Of a stretch of DNA of 64,000 nucleotides, positions 1 through 9,903 are shown piece by piece. The DNA is from Vicinamibacterales bacterium (GTDB taxonomy: Bacteria > Acidobacteriota > Vicinamibacteria > Vicinamibacterales > UBA8438). The notes under the pieces are model-generated. The model saw nothing but the letters and a program-made list of their open reading frames with translations, was not told the DNA's origin and did no database searches. The stretch is taken from positions 4,478,765 to 4,542,764 of the forward strand of contig OY760136.1 of assembly GCA_963663195.1 (NCBI GenBank), read 5' to 3'. Each line of letters starts with the position of its first letter. Position 1 is the first letter of the stretch. Both the position numbers and the translations under genes were made by a program.

Positions 1-107
1 ATTCGGCGCCGGTGGAGTGCGGAGCGGATCGTTCCATGGGGGAACTAATGATAACGCGCGGCGCGGCGGCGTCCCGGGCGGCCGGCCGGGGCGGCTAGAA
101 TTTCGCG

Positions 108-1088
108 ATGGACGATTTCGTGCCGGCGGCGCGCGCCGCCGGCGGCCACCGCATGACGCTCTTCACCTGGGCGAGCGAGCGCTCGTTTCCCTCGCTGCCG
201 CCGCCGCGGCCGCGCTACTTCGACGTTGCGCCCGACGCACGGGTGCTGGCGCACTGCCACTGGCAGCCGCACCCGCCGGCCTGCCCCACGCTGCTCGCCC
301 TGCACGGCCTGGAGGGCTCGAGCCAGGCCCACTACATGCGCGGCCTGGCGGACAAGGCGTTCGCGCGCGGCTTCAACGTGGTGCTGCTGAACCAGCGCAA
401 CTGCGGCGGCACGGAGCACCTGTCCGCCGGCCTCTACCACTCCGGGCTGACCGGCGACCCGCAGGCGGTGATGAACGAGCTGGTCGCGCTCGACCGCCTT
501 GCCTCCATTTCCGTGGTCGGCTACTCGTTGGGCGGCAACGTCGCGCTCAAGCTGGCGGGCGAGTACGGCGCCGAGCCGCCGGCCGTCCTGCGGTCCGTTT
601 GCGCCGTCTCTCCGACCATGGATCTCGCGCGCTGCGTCGAGGCGCTGGAGCGGCGCGGCAATGTGCTGTACGAATGGAATTTCGTGCGCAACCTGAAGCG
701 GCGCATGCGCCGCAAGGCGCAACTGTCGCCGGGTCGCTTCGATCTCCGCCCGTTGCGCGGCGTCCGCACCGTGCGCGGATTCGACGAGGCGTTCACGGCG
801 CCGCACCACGGGTTCCGGGACGCCGGCGACTACTACTACCGCGCCAGCAGCCTGCGGGTGATCGAGCGCGTCGCCGTCCCGACGCTCATCGTCAGCGCCG
901 ACGACGATCCGTTCGTGCCCGCCGACCAGTTCCGGGCTCACGCGCTCATGGCCAATCCGCGGGTGCGCGTCGTCATTACGCGCGGCGGCGGCCACTGCGG
1001 CTTCTTCGCCGAGCCGGACGGGCCTTTCGACGGGTTCTGGGCAGAACGGACGGCGGTGGGATTCGCCGCGCGCCACGCCGGCGTCTGA
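108..1088 (+). CDS. Alpha/beta-fold hydrolase, YheT family
   Basis: LHGLEGS oxyanion motif, GYSLGG nucleophile elbow, DDPF acid and GGHCGF His motif; TAGAAT -10 six nt upstream of ATG. Confidence 0.85.
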   Translation: MDDFVPAARAAGGHRMTLFTWASERSFPSLPPPRPRYFDVAPDARVLAHCHWQPHPPACPTLLALHGLEGSSQAHYMRGLADKAFARGFNVVLLNQRNCGGTEHLSAGLYHSGLTGDPQAVMNELVALDRLASISVVGYSLGGNVALKLAGEYGAEPPAVLRSVCAVSPTMDLARCVEALERRGNVLYEWNFVRNLKRRMRRKAQLSPGRFDLRPLRGVRTVRGFDEAFTAPHHGFRDAGDYYYRASSLRVIERVAVPTLIVSADDDPFVPADQFRAHALMANPRVRVVITRGGGHCGFFAEPDGPFDGFWAERTAVGFAARHAGV

Positions 1089-1109
1089 CACCGAACGGCC
1101 GTGGTTTGG

Positions 1110-1412
1110 CTAGTCCAGGTCCCAGTCGCGCGTCGGCCGCTCGACCGGTTCCCTGGAGGCCTGCTTGAGCGCCTCCTCGAAGCGCTTGGAGAGCGCGGCG
1201 CCGCGGCCCTTCTCGTCGGCCACCGACTGCGTGAAAATGGCTTCGCGGCGGGCGGCCTCCTCGGCCAGTATGCGCTGCGCGTGGTCGAGTTGCGGCTTGT
1301 CTTCGCGCTCCGGTTCCTGGTGCGCGACAATCCGACGCAGGTTCAGGTCGAAGGTGAGCGTCGCCCCGCAGCAGGGGCATTCCAATTCGATTTCGGAAGA
1401 GAGCGTGGACAT
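1110..1412 (-). CDS. Small hypothetical protein with N-terminal CPCC knuckle and helical C-terminus
   Basis: Start re-placed at ATG 1412 (MSTLSSEIELECPCCGATL); protein-like charged composition. Confidence 0.65.
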   Translation of the reverse strand: MSTLSSEIELECPCCGATLTFDLNLRRIVAHQEPEREDKPQLDHAQRILAEEAARREAIFTQSVADEKGRGAALSKRFEEALKQASREPVERPTRDWDLD

Positions 1413-1425
1413 GCGGACCTTCCCG

Positions 1426-1650
1426 CTAGCCCTCTTCTTCGTACTCCCCTTCGGCGGGCGGGATGACGCGCGTCGAAGGCCGCAACGCCTCGCGATAGTC
1501 GTACACCGGCATGCCCTGAACGTGCAGCGAGAGGCGGCACCCGGATGCCTTGCGGTCGATGACGACGGCCACGGGACTGCCCTCGACACCGTCGCGGAAT
1601 CGGAGCCGACAGCCACAGGAGAGACGCGCGCGGGAGAAGCCCTTCAACAT
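1426..1650 (-). CDS. Small hypothetical protein with Cys/His pattern (SCGC...C...H)
   Basis: C-terminal part of ORF 1426..1995; TATCAT -10 seven nt upstream of ATG 1650; fills the gap between neighbours. Confidence 0.55.
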   Translation of the reverse strand: MLKGFSRARLSCGCRLRFRDGVEGSPVAVVIDRKASGCRLSLHVQGMPVYDYREALRPSTRVIPPAEGEYEEEG

Positions 1651-1685
1651 CAAGGGCATGATACTACACCGGGCCGGGCGAAGGG

Positions 1686-2294
1686 TTACAACAGGGTCTT
1701 GAGCGCGAGCTCCAGCTCGTCCTTGCTGGCGATCCCCATGTGGGTCTTGCAGAGCGTGCCCTCGCGGTCGATCCAGAAGCTGACCGGCAGCCCCCAGATC
1801 GGGCCATATGCGTCCTGGAAGTCGTCGCGGTCGAGTCCCACGAGCATCGGGTAGTTGACGTCGAGATCCTCGGCGAACGGGCGCATCTGCTCCGGCGTGT
1901 CGTCGACCGACAGGCCGAGCACCTGGAATCCCTGGTCGCCGTACTCGTCCTGGAGCTCGATGAACGCCGGGATCTCGATCTTGCACGGCCCGCACCAGGT
2001 CGCCCAGAAGTTGAGCAGAATCACCTGGCCCTTCAGCGACGCGAGGTTCAGCTCGTCTCCGTTCATGTCCGCGAGCGTGAAGTCCAACGGCGCCGGGCGG
2101 GCGTCGTCGTCACACTCCGCGGCGCCGGCCGCCGCGCTGCCGGCCTCGGCGCCGGCGATCTCGGCTACCGGCGCGGCGATTTCCGGCGCCTCCGCGGGCG
2201 CCCCCACGTTCAGGCTGCGGACCGCGGGCAACGTGAGCAGGGCGAGCGCCAGGCAGGCGCCCGCCGCGAGTATCCACCGCATTCCCATGTTCAT
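1686..2294 (-). CDS. TlpA/ResA-family thiol-disulfide oxidoreductase
   Basis: N-terminal hydrophobic anchor, NFWATWCGPC active site, GLP cis-Pro loop. Confidence 0.9.
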   Translation of the reverse strand: MNMGMRWILAAGACLALALLTLPAVRSLNVGAPAEAPEIAAPVAEIAGAEAGSAAAGAAECDDDARPAPLDFTLADMNGDELNLASLKGQVILLNFWATWCGPCKIEIPAFIELQDEYGDQGFQVLGLSVDDTPEQMRPFAEDLDVNYPMLVGLDRDDFQDAYGPIWGLPVSFWIDREGTLCKTHMGIASKDELELALKTLL

Positions 2295-2322
2295 TCCTCG
2301 CAGAAATGCCGACCGGGGCTTC

Positions 2323-3081
2323 TCAATTCACCGTCTGGCGGACGTGACGAGCTACCCGGCCGACGTCGACCGGCCCATGCTCGGCAACCAGCACGAACGT
2401 GTGACCGCCGTCCGACCAGATTAGCGCGTTGTGATTGATGATCTCAAGCAGTTGCTCCCCATGGGTGCGGTCGGGCACGACGAACATCGACACCGGATCG
2501 CCGCGCCAGCGGCACAGGATATGCCCCACGCCGCCGTGCTCGTATCCGCATTCCCGCACTTCCAGGACGTCAAAGTCGGACGACTCGAACGGCACGGCGA
2601 TGTCCGACCCGACGATGCCGGCCAACTGCACCCGCGCCTCCCGGTGGTCGAAATCGGGCGCCGTGGCGGGCTCGACCATGAAGCATCTCTCGTGATCGAT
2701 GGCCAACTGCGCGGCGAGCGCCCCGAGCCCCGGACTCTGCCGCTCCCCGGCCATGAAGAGCACGCCCGCGGCCAGCAGAAGGGTCGCCGCCATCGTCAGC
2801 GGCGCCCAGCGGAATGCGGGTCGCGCCCAGAACGGCGCTGCGGCGGCTGGAGCCGGCCGCGCGGCGGCCGCGCAGCGCGCCCACAACGCCGCGGGTGCCT
2901 GCTCCCCGAGCGTGGGCGCCGCGGCGCGCAGCCGTTCCCGCACGTCCTGCTCCGCCGACGCGCGGTCGCGGCAGGCGGGACAGCCGTCGAGGTGCGCGCG
3001 AACGGCCTGCGCCTCGGCCGCCGGGACCTCCCCGTCCACGTACGCGGTCATGATCGCGTCAACGTCGGCACAGTTCTTCAT
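2323..3081 (-). CDS. Zinc-binding (ZAS, zf-HC2) transmembrane anti-sigma factor
   Basis: YVDGE then HLDGCPAC (HxxxCxxC), one TM helix, periplasmic domain with several Cys/His; directly downstream of the ECF sigma gene. Confidence 0.85.
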   Translation of the reverse strand: MKNCADVDAIMTAYVDGEVPAAEAQAVRAHLDGCPACRDRASAEQDVRERLRAAAPTLGEQAPAALWARCAAAARPAPAAAAPFWARPAFRWAPLTMAATLLLAAGVLFMAGERQSPGLGALAAQLAIDHERCFMVEPATAPDFDHREARVQLAGIVGSDIAVPFESSDFDVLEVRECGYEHGGVGHILCRWRGDPVSMFVVPDRTHGEQLLEIINHNALIWSDGGHTFVLVAEHGPVDVGRVARHVRQTVN

Positions 3082-3100
3082 CACAGCCATCCCCTCGGCA

Positions 3101-3664
3101 TCACGGTGTCCGACGCCCGGCCAGACGATCGTGGAGCATCCGGCGGCCGCGTGAAATGCGCGACATGACGGTCCCTGGCGCCACCTGCAGAATATCGGCG
3201 ATTTCGCGATACGAGAATTCCTCGACGTCCCGCAGCCAGACAGCCTGGCGGAAAGCGTCGGGCAACGCATCGACGGCAGCCTGGAGGTCGCCGTCCAGCG
3301 CCCGCCGCATCAGCAGTTGCTCCGGGGTGGGCGACTGAGACTCCGGCGCCCCGGAATTCTCGACCGCATCGCCGACGGCGACGACCGGCTCGCGCGCCGC
3401 CTGGCGCCGGGTGTTCAGGAACGTGTTGTACAGAATCGTATGCAGCCACGCCTTGAGACTCGTGCCGGGCTGAAAGCGCGCCGCGAAGCGAAACGCCTTG
3501 AGATAGGTCTCCTGGACCAGATCCTCGGCGTCGGCCGGGTTGCGGGTGAACCGCAGCGCCGCGCCGTAGAAACTGTTGACGTACTGGAGCGCCTCCTCGG
3601 GCAGCACCGCGCCCTCCTCCCCTGCGGACTCCCAGGAAGTCTCCGCTTGTCGCCGTCGCAGCAT
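3101..3664 (-). CDS. ECF RNA polymerase sigma factor, SigH/SigR-like
   Basis: DAEDLVQETYLKAFR, FQPGTSLKAWLHTILYNTF (region 2), FSYREIADIL...GTVMSRISRGR (region 4); start approximate. Confidence 0.9.
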   Translation of the reverse strand: MLRRRQAETSWESAGEEGAVLPEEALQYVNSFYGAALRFTRNPADAEDLVQETYLKAFRFAARFQPGTSLKAWLHTILYNTFLNTRRQAAREPVVAVGDAVENSGAPESQSPTPEQLLMRRALDGDLQAAVDALPDAFRQAVWLRDVEEFSYREIADILQVAPGTVMSRISRGRRMLHDRLAGRRTP

Positions 3665-3716
3665 CTCGGATCGTAGCCATCCGGGTACCCGGGGAGGAAT
3701 GCGCCAATACAGGTTT

Positions 3717-3742
3717 AACACGAAGGCGCGGCTGTTTATTCC
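3717..3742 (-). promoter_or_regulatory. Putative autoregulatory ECF promoter GGAAT-N18-GTT
   Basis: Minus strand reads GGAAT AAACAGCCGCGCCTTCGT GTT(AAA), matching the SigR/SigH consensus, ~50 nt upstream of the sigma gene. Confidence 0.7.
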
Positions 3743-3862
3743 CGACCCGATCACGCGGACGTCGACGTCATTGTAACGCCCCGGGGGGGCGGACCCGGAA
3801 CGGTCCTCGAAACGGTTGCCCGGAGCTTTGCGCCGGAGTTGGCGCTGTAGTAACTTGGGGCC

Positions 3863-6800
3863 ATGAGAAGCAGTTGTACACGGTCCGGACGGCGAAGCTA
3901 CCTGTCCCTCCTGCTGGCGCTGGCCATAGCCGGCGGCGGCGGCGCCCAACTGCACGCGCAGCAGGACTTCTTCCCGTATTGGGGCAAGAACCGCGTCAAG
4001 TACGACCGCTTCGACTGGCACATCTACGAGACCGACCATTTCGAGATCTACTACTACCCGGAGCTCGAAGAGCACCTCGAGCGAATCGCCGGCTACGCGG
4101 AGAGCGCATACCAGGAGGTCAGCGCGCGGCTGCGGCACGACCTCGCCTTCGTCGTTCCGCTCATCGTCTTCAAGACGCACAGCGAATTCGAGCAGCAGAA
4201 CGTATTTCCCGGCGCGAGCCCCGAGGGTGTCGGCGCGTTCGCCGAGCCGTCGCGGAACCGCATCGTGCTGCCGATCGACGAGGGGCCGGACGGGCTGTAC
4301 CGCCTGATCACGCACGAGCTGACGCACATCTTCGAGTTCGACATCATCCCGCGCGGCATCATCCGCCAGGGCGTGCCGCTGTGGGTCGACGAGGGGCTCG
4401 CCGACTTCATGGCGGGCGTCTGGCGGCCGCTGGACATCATGCAGGTCCGCGACGTCGCCGTGACGGACACCGTGCCGTCGATGACCCGCTTCGATCGCTA
4501 CGGCGGGTTCGCCAGCGGCCGGGTCGTCTACAACCTGGGGCACGCCGTCTTCGAGTTCATCGAGAGCCGCTGGGGCGACGACGGCATCCGGCGCTTCATG
4601 TTCGGGCTGCGCCGCAGCTCCGTCGGCGGCGGCGGCGACCCCTACGAGGAAGTGTTCGACCTGGAGGCGGAGGAGTTCGACGACGAGTTCAAGAAATACC
4701 TGGACGAGCGGTTCGAGCCTTTCAAGGAAAAGGAGAGCCCGACGGACTACGGCCGGAACCTGGCGCCGGATCCGCTGCGCTCGCGGTATCCGCTGCTGAT
4801 CTCTATCGAGGCGTCACCCTCCGGCGAGGTGATTGCGGCGGTGGCCCTCAACCGCAAGAACCGCGAGCTCGACATCGTGCTGGTGTCGGCCCAGACCGGC
4901 GATGTCATCCGCAATCTGACCGAAGAGTTCGATCAGGATCTCGGGTTCCAGTACATCGCCACGCTCGGGTTGCGCTTCAATACCGTGCCCTGGCTGGCAT
5001 GGGCGCCGGACGGCGACCACCTGGCGTACTTCGTGCGCAAGAACAAGCACAAGTCGCTGGTGATCCAGAACATCGTGACGCGCGATATCGAGCAGATCAT
5101 CGACCTGGACATGGTCGACGAACCCGAGTCGCCCGACTTCTCCCCCGACGGCCGCAGCGTCGTCTTCTCGGCGCTGACGCGGGCGGTCGGCGACATCTAC
5201 CGCATCGACCTGGCGACCCATGAGGTCACGAACCTGACCGAGGACGCGCTGGCGGACTACGCGCCCGTCTACGCGCCGGACGGTGACAGCCTGCTGCACC
5301 TGAAGCGGATCAGCGGCAACAACAAGCTGTACCGCCTGGACCTCGCGACCGGTGAGCAGACGCAGCTTACGTTCGGCACCCACGACGAGGGCGGCGCGCA
5401 GTTCATCGACGAGCGCACGATCGTGTTCTCGTCCACGGCGGTCGATCCGAGCGATCCGATCGAGCCGGAGGTCGCCCGCGACGGCGAGATCTTCAACGTC
5501 TGGACGCTGGACCTGGAGAACGGCGAGTTGCGCCAGTACACCGATACCGCCACGGGCAACGTCAACCCCGTCCTCATCGCGCCGGAGGAGGACGGCGAGC
5601 CCGACCGGTTCGCGTTCATCACCTATTACAAGAGCGAGTACGGCCTGCACACGGTGGAGCGCGAGGAGCCCATATTCACGGCCGTCACCAGCGACTTCGG
5701 AACCGGCGGCGGGCCGGTCATCGACTTCCAGGCGCCGCTGACCCACACCCTGATCGGCGACAACTCCCGGCAGAAGGGCGCGTTCGAGAACATGTTCCTC
5801 GAAGGACGTCCGCCGCTGAACGTCGGCATGACCAGCAACGGGGACTTCCTGGGCGGCACCCAGATCACGTTCGCCGACGTGCTCGGCGACCAGCAGTTCA
5901 GCCTGCTGGCGTACTCGGTCATGCAGTACCGCACGCTCGGCGTCTCGTACGCCAATCTCGCCGGGCGCATGCAGTTCGCCGTGCAGGGATTCTCGCAGCA
6001 GCAGTTCTTCTACGGCTACGCCCCCGGCTACGCCTTCAATCCCGGACTCGGCTTCCTCAGCCGCGACGACGCCATCGCCGTCCGCTCCATAGACGGCGGC
6101 TCCATGTTCGTCATCTACCCGTTCGACCGCTTCCGGCGGGTGGAGCTGTCCGCCGGACTGTTCCGCTACCGCGAGCAGTTCGACAACGAGGCGCTCCAGG
6201 CGCAGTCGAACGCGTTCCAGCAGGCGAATTTCGGCGACGTGCTGTTCCGGGACGGCGCGTTCATGCCGCTGGGGATCAATTTCATACAGGAGACCACCGT
6301 CTTCCGTGAATTCGGCCCGATTGCCGGCAACACGTTCCGCGCCGCCTACGAGTACGCGCCGTCATTCGGCGGATTCCTCTCGCGCCAGTCTCTCGATCTC
6401 GACGGCCGCTACTACCTGCGGATCGCCGAGACCGGCGTGCTGGCGATGCGCGCGCGGGGGTTCCGGAGCTGGGGCCAGTATCCCGACTTCTTCTACTTCG
6501 GCGGCAACTCGGACATGCGCGGCTACGACTACCTGGAGTTCATCGGCCACAAGACGTTCTTCGCCAACGCCGAGCTGCGCTTCCCGCTGGTGGAGGCGAT
6601 GGCGACGCCAATCGGGATACTGGGCGGCATCCGCGGGTCGTTCTTCTTCGATTTCGGCATGGCGGGATTCAACAACCAGCCGCTTACCGCCTGGAATCGC
6701 GACCCGGGGCTCGTGCGCCCCATCGTCGGCTACACGATCAACCCGGACACCGGGCAGTATGCCGAAGTGTTCGGACCAGCCACCGCCATCAGCGGCTTCC

Positions 6801-6991
6801 GGCTGGTGAACGCCCGCGCCTCGTACGGGCTCAGCCTGGCCACGTTGGCCATCGGCATCCCGATCCACTTCGACTGGTCGTGGCGCACGCTGTTCAACAA
6901 GGAGTGGGAGGACATCGTCTTCGCATCCACCGGCGGCAGCGAGGACTTCCGCCGCGTGCGCTTCACGATGTGGATCGGTTACGACTTTTAG
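3863..6991 (+). CDS. Omp85/BamA-superfamily beta-barrel protein with N-terminal zinc metallopeptidase-like domain and PD40/TolB-like propeller
   Basis: Signal peptide; HELTH...WVDEGLA gluzincin motif; PDFSPDG/WAPDG repeats; FGGNSDMRGY and AELRFPL barrel motifs; C-terminal Phe. Confidence 0.8.
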   Translation: MRSSCTRSGRRSYLSLLLALAIAGGGGAQLHAQQDFFPYWGKNRVKYDRFDWHIYETDHFEIYYYPELEEHLERIAGYAESAYQEVSARLRHDLAFVVPLIVFKTHSEFEQQNVFPGASPEGVGAFAEPSRNRIVLPIDEGPDGLYRLITHELTHIFEFDIIPRGIIRQGVPLWVDEGLADFMAGVWRPLDIMQVRDVAVTDTVPSMTRFDRYGGFASGRVVYNLGHAVFEFIESRWGDDGIRRFMFGLRRSSVGGGGDPYEEVFDLEAEEFDDEFKKYLDERFEPFKEKESPTDYGRNLAPDPLRSRYPLLISIEASPSGEVIAAVALNRKNRELDIVLVSAQTGDVIRNLTEEFDQDLGFQYIATLGLRFNTVPWLAWAPDGDHLAYFVRKNKHKSLVIQNIVTRDIEQIIDLDMVDEPESPDFSPDGRSVVFSALTRAVGDIYRIDLATHEVTNLTEDALADYAPVYAPDGDSLLHLKRISGNNKLYRLDLATGEQTQLTFGTHDEGGAQFIDERTIVFSSTAVDPSDPIEPEVARDGEIFNVWTLDLENGELRQYTDTATGNVNPVLIAPEEDGEPDRFAFITYYKSEYGLHTVEREEPIFTAVTSDFGTGGGPVIDFQAPLTHTLIGDNSRQKGAFENMFLEGRPPLNVGMTSNGDFLGGTQITFADVLGDQQFSLLAYSVMQYRTLGVSYANLAGRMQFAVQGFSQQQFFYGYAPGYAFNPGLGFLSRDDAIAVRSIDGGSMFVIYPFDRFRRVELSAGLFRYREQFDNEALQAQSNAFQQANFGDVLFRDGAFMPLGINFIQETTVFREFGPIAGNTFRAAYEYAPSFGGFLSRQSLDLDGRYYLRIAETGVLAMRARGFRSWGQYPDFFYFGGNSDMRGYDYLEFIGHKTFFANAELRFPLVEAMATPIGILGGIRGSFFFDFGMAGFNNQPLTAWNRDPGLVRPIVGYTINPDTGQYAEVFGPATAISGFRLVNARASYGLSLATLAIGIPIHFDWSWRTLFNKEWEDIVFASTGGSEDFRRVRFTMWIGYDF

Positions 6992-6998
6992 AAATTGC

Positions 6999-8507
6999 TC
7001 AGATGCGGGTGAGCCGGAGGAGGGCGCGCTCCATGTCGATCACGACATGGTAGTTGCTCAGGAACCGGTGGCCGATGATCCCGCCGATGTGGAACCCCAG
7101 CAAGGCGCTCGGCCGGTGCAGGTTGAGCACCACGACGGCAAAGTTCTCATAGCTTATCTCGTCGAACGCGAGCCGCACGCCGGGCAGCAGGAACGCGTCC
7201 GAATCCCAGCCGGACGTGCCGTATACCCGTAGCGGGATGTGCCGCGGCGGCGCCGTGCCGATGGTGCCGGCGGTGCCGATGCTGAGCGAGATGACCTCGC
7301 CGCCGGTGTCGACCACGAAGCTGCGCGGAAACTCGCCGTTCACCACGCCGCGCACCACGGCGAGGCGGTCGACGCGCATCGGCAGCTCGATGTCGGCGGG
7401 TTGGTCCGGGAGACGCCGCGCCAGCGTCAGCTCGCGCGCTTCATAGTCGATCGCGGACGACAGTCCGAGCGCCACCGGCGAGATGCTGTCGGGCACGCGC
7501 CGCACCGGCAGGTCGGTCAGCGGCGGATTCTTGACGATCGTGGGCAGGTTGCGGACGAGCAGCGGACCGACCTCCAGCGAGTCGACGCGGCCCACCTCCA
7601 GGCCGCGGACGCCCACGTCGCCGACGCCGGCGCTGATCGTGGTCGCGATCACCTCGACGCCCATTTGCTCCGCCGTCTGCTGCGAGAGCACCATCTGCTC
7701 GGCGCCCGTGTCGACGACCAGGTCGATCAGCGGACCGCCGTTGACCCGCCCGCGCACGACGATCTTGTCCTGGCTTAGCTCGAAGGGAATGACGTGCAGT
7801 CCGTCGGGATCGTTGACGATCTCGAACGGCTGCGCGTCTCCGAACGAGCGCAGCAGGCGGGCCTCTGAACGCGCCCACTCGGTGCGCCGGTTCCGGCTGA
7901 CGTTGGGGAGCGTATCGGCGTAGTGATCCAGGGCCGCGGCCGCCTCCGGGTAGCGGCGCAGCTTGCGGTAGATCGAGCCCAGCGTGTGGTGGTACTCCGG
8001 ACGTGCGCCGGCGGCAATAGCCGCCTGCACCTCGACCAGCGCCTCTGCGGGCCGGTTGCTGGCCGTCAGGCTGCGGGCGAGGCCGTGGCGCGCGCTGGCG
8101 CTCGACGGGTGCGCGGACAAGATGTCGCGGTACATCCCCTCCGCCTCGTCGAAGAGGCCGGCCGCCCAGAATGCGTCGGCCCGCAACGTCCGGATGTCCG
8201 GGTCCGCCGGCTGCAGCTCGCCCAGGAACACCGCCTCCTGGAATGCGCGGTGGAACTCGGCGACGGAGATCGTCGATCGCAGTAGTCCGACCGCGGCGCG
8301 CAGGAGCTGCTCCGGCCTGGCGCCGGGCTTGGCCCGCTCGTACGCCGCAATGGCTTCCCAGTAGCGTTCGTCGTCGAGCAGCAGGTCGCCCAGCTCGAGC
8401 TGCAGCTCGCTGCGCGCGGAATCGGGGGTCGACTCGGATCCGGCGACAACCGACACGGCGGCGGCCAGCAACAGGAAGCAGAATACGTACCGCAGGTAGA
8501 TTGGCAT
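6999..8507 (-). CDS. Exported TPR-repeat protein with tandem retropepsin-like aspartyl protease domains
   Basis: Signal peptide from ATG 8507; TPR-like helices; VVDTGA and VVDTGG motifs; GIIGHRFL C-terminal motif. Confidence 0.8.
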   Translation of the reverse strand: MPIYLRYVFCFLLLAAAVSVVAGSESTPDSARSELQLELGDLLLDDERYWEAIAAYERAKPGARPEQLLRAAVGLLRSTISVAEFHRAFQEAVFLGELQPADPDIRTLRADAFWAAGLFDEAEGMYRDILSAHPSSASARHGLARSLTASNRPAEALVEVQAAIAAGARPEYHHTLGSIYRKLRRYPEAAAALDHYADTLPNVSRNRRTEWARSEARLLRSFGDAQPFEIVNDPDGLHVIPFELSQDKIVVRGRVNGGPLIDLVVDTGAEQMVLSQQTAEQMGVEVIATTISAGVGDVGVRGLEVGRVDSLEVGPLLVRNLPTIVKNPPLTDLPVRRVPDSISPVALGLSSAIDYEARELTLARRLPDQPADIELPMRVDRLAVVRGVVNGEFPRSFVVDTGGEVISLSIGTAGTIGTAPPRHIPLRVYGTSGWDSDAFLLPGVRLAFDEISYENFAVVVLNLHRPSALLGFHIGGIIGHRFLSNYHVVIDMERALLRLTRI

Positions 8508-8587
8508 GTGGATCGGCAGAAATATGCACCAACGGCGCGGCGATGGCAAGAAGGGAGACGCGGGGAGGGAATCGGCCGGCGCCGCGC

Positions 8588-9052
8588 TCAGCGGTTGTAC
8601 TGCTGAATCGGCAACCCGTCGTACATCTCGTCCACCCGCAACACCTGGGAATTGCGGCTGTAGGTGCCCAGCTCGTAGTCCTCGCTCATGATGAGCGCCT
8701 TGACCGGCTTCGTCGGGCATACCTCCGCGCACAGTCCGCAGAAACTGCAGCGCGACAGGTTGAAGTCGAAGTAGTCGAGCACCTTGATCTTGCGGCCCGG
8801 CTCGCGGTGCCCGCCGAGGTTGATCAGCTCGTCGGGGCACGCCTTGGCGCACTGATCGCAGACGATGCAGGTCTGGGCGCCGGTCTCCGGCTCGACCTGC
8901 AGGCGCAGCACACCCCGGAAGCGGGGCGCCACCGGACGCCGCTCGGCCGGGTACTGGAAGGTGAAGGCCGGCCGCGGCGTGTACTTGAGGGTGACGAACA
9001 GACCCTTGAGCAGGTCAACCAGAAAAATGCTTCGAAGCAGTCGCGCCAGCAC
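8588..9052 (-). CDS. nuoI: NADH-quinone oxidoreductase subunit I
   Basis: TFQYP...RFRG, CIVCDQCAKACP and CSFCGLCAEVCP 4Fe-4S motifs; GTG start. Confidence 0.92.
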   Translation of the reverse strand: MLARLLRSIFLVDLLKGLFVTLKYTPRPAFTFQYPAERRPVAPRFRGVLRLQVEPETGAQTCIVCDQCAKACPDELINLGGHREPGRKIKVLDYFDFNLSRCSFCGLCAEVCPTKPVKALIMSEDYELGTYSRNSQVLRVDEMYDGLPIQQYNR

Positions 9053-9055
9053 CCG

Positions 9056-9592
9056 CTACCCCCGATCCTCGACCATGATCGGCTCGGTCTGGCCCGCCAT
9101 GATCACCCGCTCGCGCCGCAGTACCGTGGTCTCCTTGCGGATCTTGTCCTGCAACCGCATCAGCCCGTAGAGCAGCGCCTCCGGGCGTGGCGGACAACCC
9201 GAGACGTACACGTCGACCGGCACGATCTTGTCCACGCCCTGCAGCACGCTGTAAGTCGGGAAAGGCCCGCCGGCGTTCGAGCAGCTGCCCATGGAGATGA
9301 CCCACTTCGGCTCCGGCATCTGGTCGTACAGACGGCGGAGCACCGGCGCCATCTTCTTCGTGACCGTGCCGGCCACAATCATCAGATCGGCCTGGCGGGG
9401 CGACGCGCGGAACACCTCGGCGCCGAAGCGGGCGATGTCGTAGCGCGACGTCGACGACGCGATCATCTCGATCGCGCAGCAGGCCAGCCCGAATCCCATG
9501 GGCCAGAGGGACGACTGGCGCGCCCAGTTCAGCACCTGGTCCACGTTGGTCGTTATGAAGTTGTCCGAAAAGCGGTGATCAATAAGACCCAT
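9056..9592 (-). CDS. nuoB: NADH-quinone oxidoreductase subunit B
   Basis: [47 protein letters not shown]. Confidence 0.95.
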   Translation of the reverse strand: MGLIDHRFSDNFITTNVDQVLNWARQSSLWPMGFGLACCAIEMIASSTSRYDIARFGAEVFRASPRQADLMIVAGTVTKKMAPVLRRLYDQMPEPKWVISMGSCSNAGGPFPTYSVLQGVDKIVPVDVYVSGCPPRPEALLYGLMRLQDKIRKETTVLRRERVIMAGQTEPIMVEDRG

Positions 9593-9639
9593 CGGCGGAT
9601 ACTCGTACCCAGGCGGCGCCGGACGCGGGAGCGCGGCGG

Positions 9640-9903
9640 CTACTCGTCAGCGTAGTACGCCGCGTCGACGTCGATGTAGTTCGCCCATTCCTCGGGCACT
9701 TCGTCGTTGGCGAAGATCGCCTCGACCGGACAGGCCGGCACGCAGGCCCCGCAATCGATGCACTCGTCCGGATGGATGTACAGTTTCTCGGCCGACTCGA
9801 ATTCCTCTTCGTCCGCGCGAGGATGGATGCAATCAACCGGACACACGTCAACGCAGGCGGTGTCCTTGGTGCCGATGCACGGTTCACAAATCGTGTACGC
9901 CAT
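9640..9903 (-). CDS. Dicluster (7Fe-type) ferredoxin
   Basis: [26 protein letters not shown]...[16 protein letters not shown]; GGAGG RBS upstream of ATG 9903. Confidence 0.92.
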   Translation of the reverse strand: MAYTICEPCIGTKDTACVDVCPVDCIHPRADEEEFESAEKLYIHPDECIDCGACVPACPVEAIFANDEVPEEWANYIDVDAAYYADE

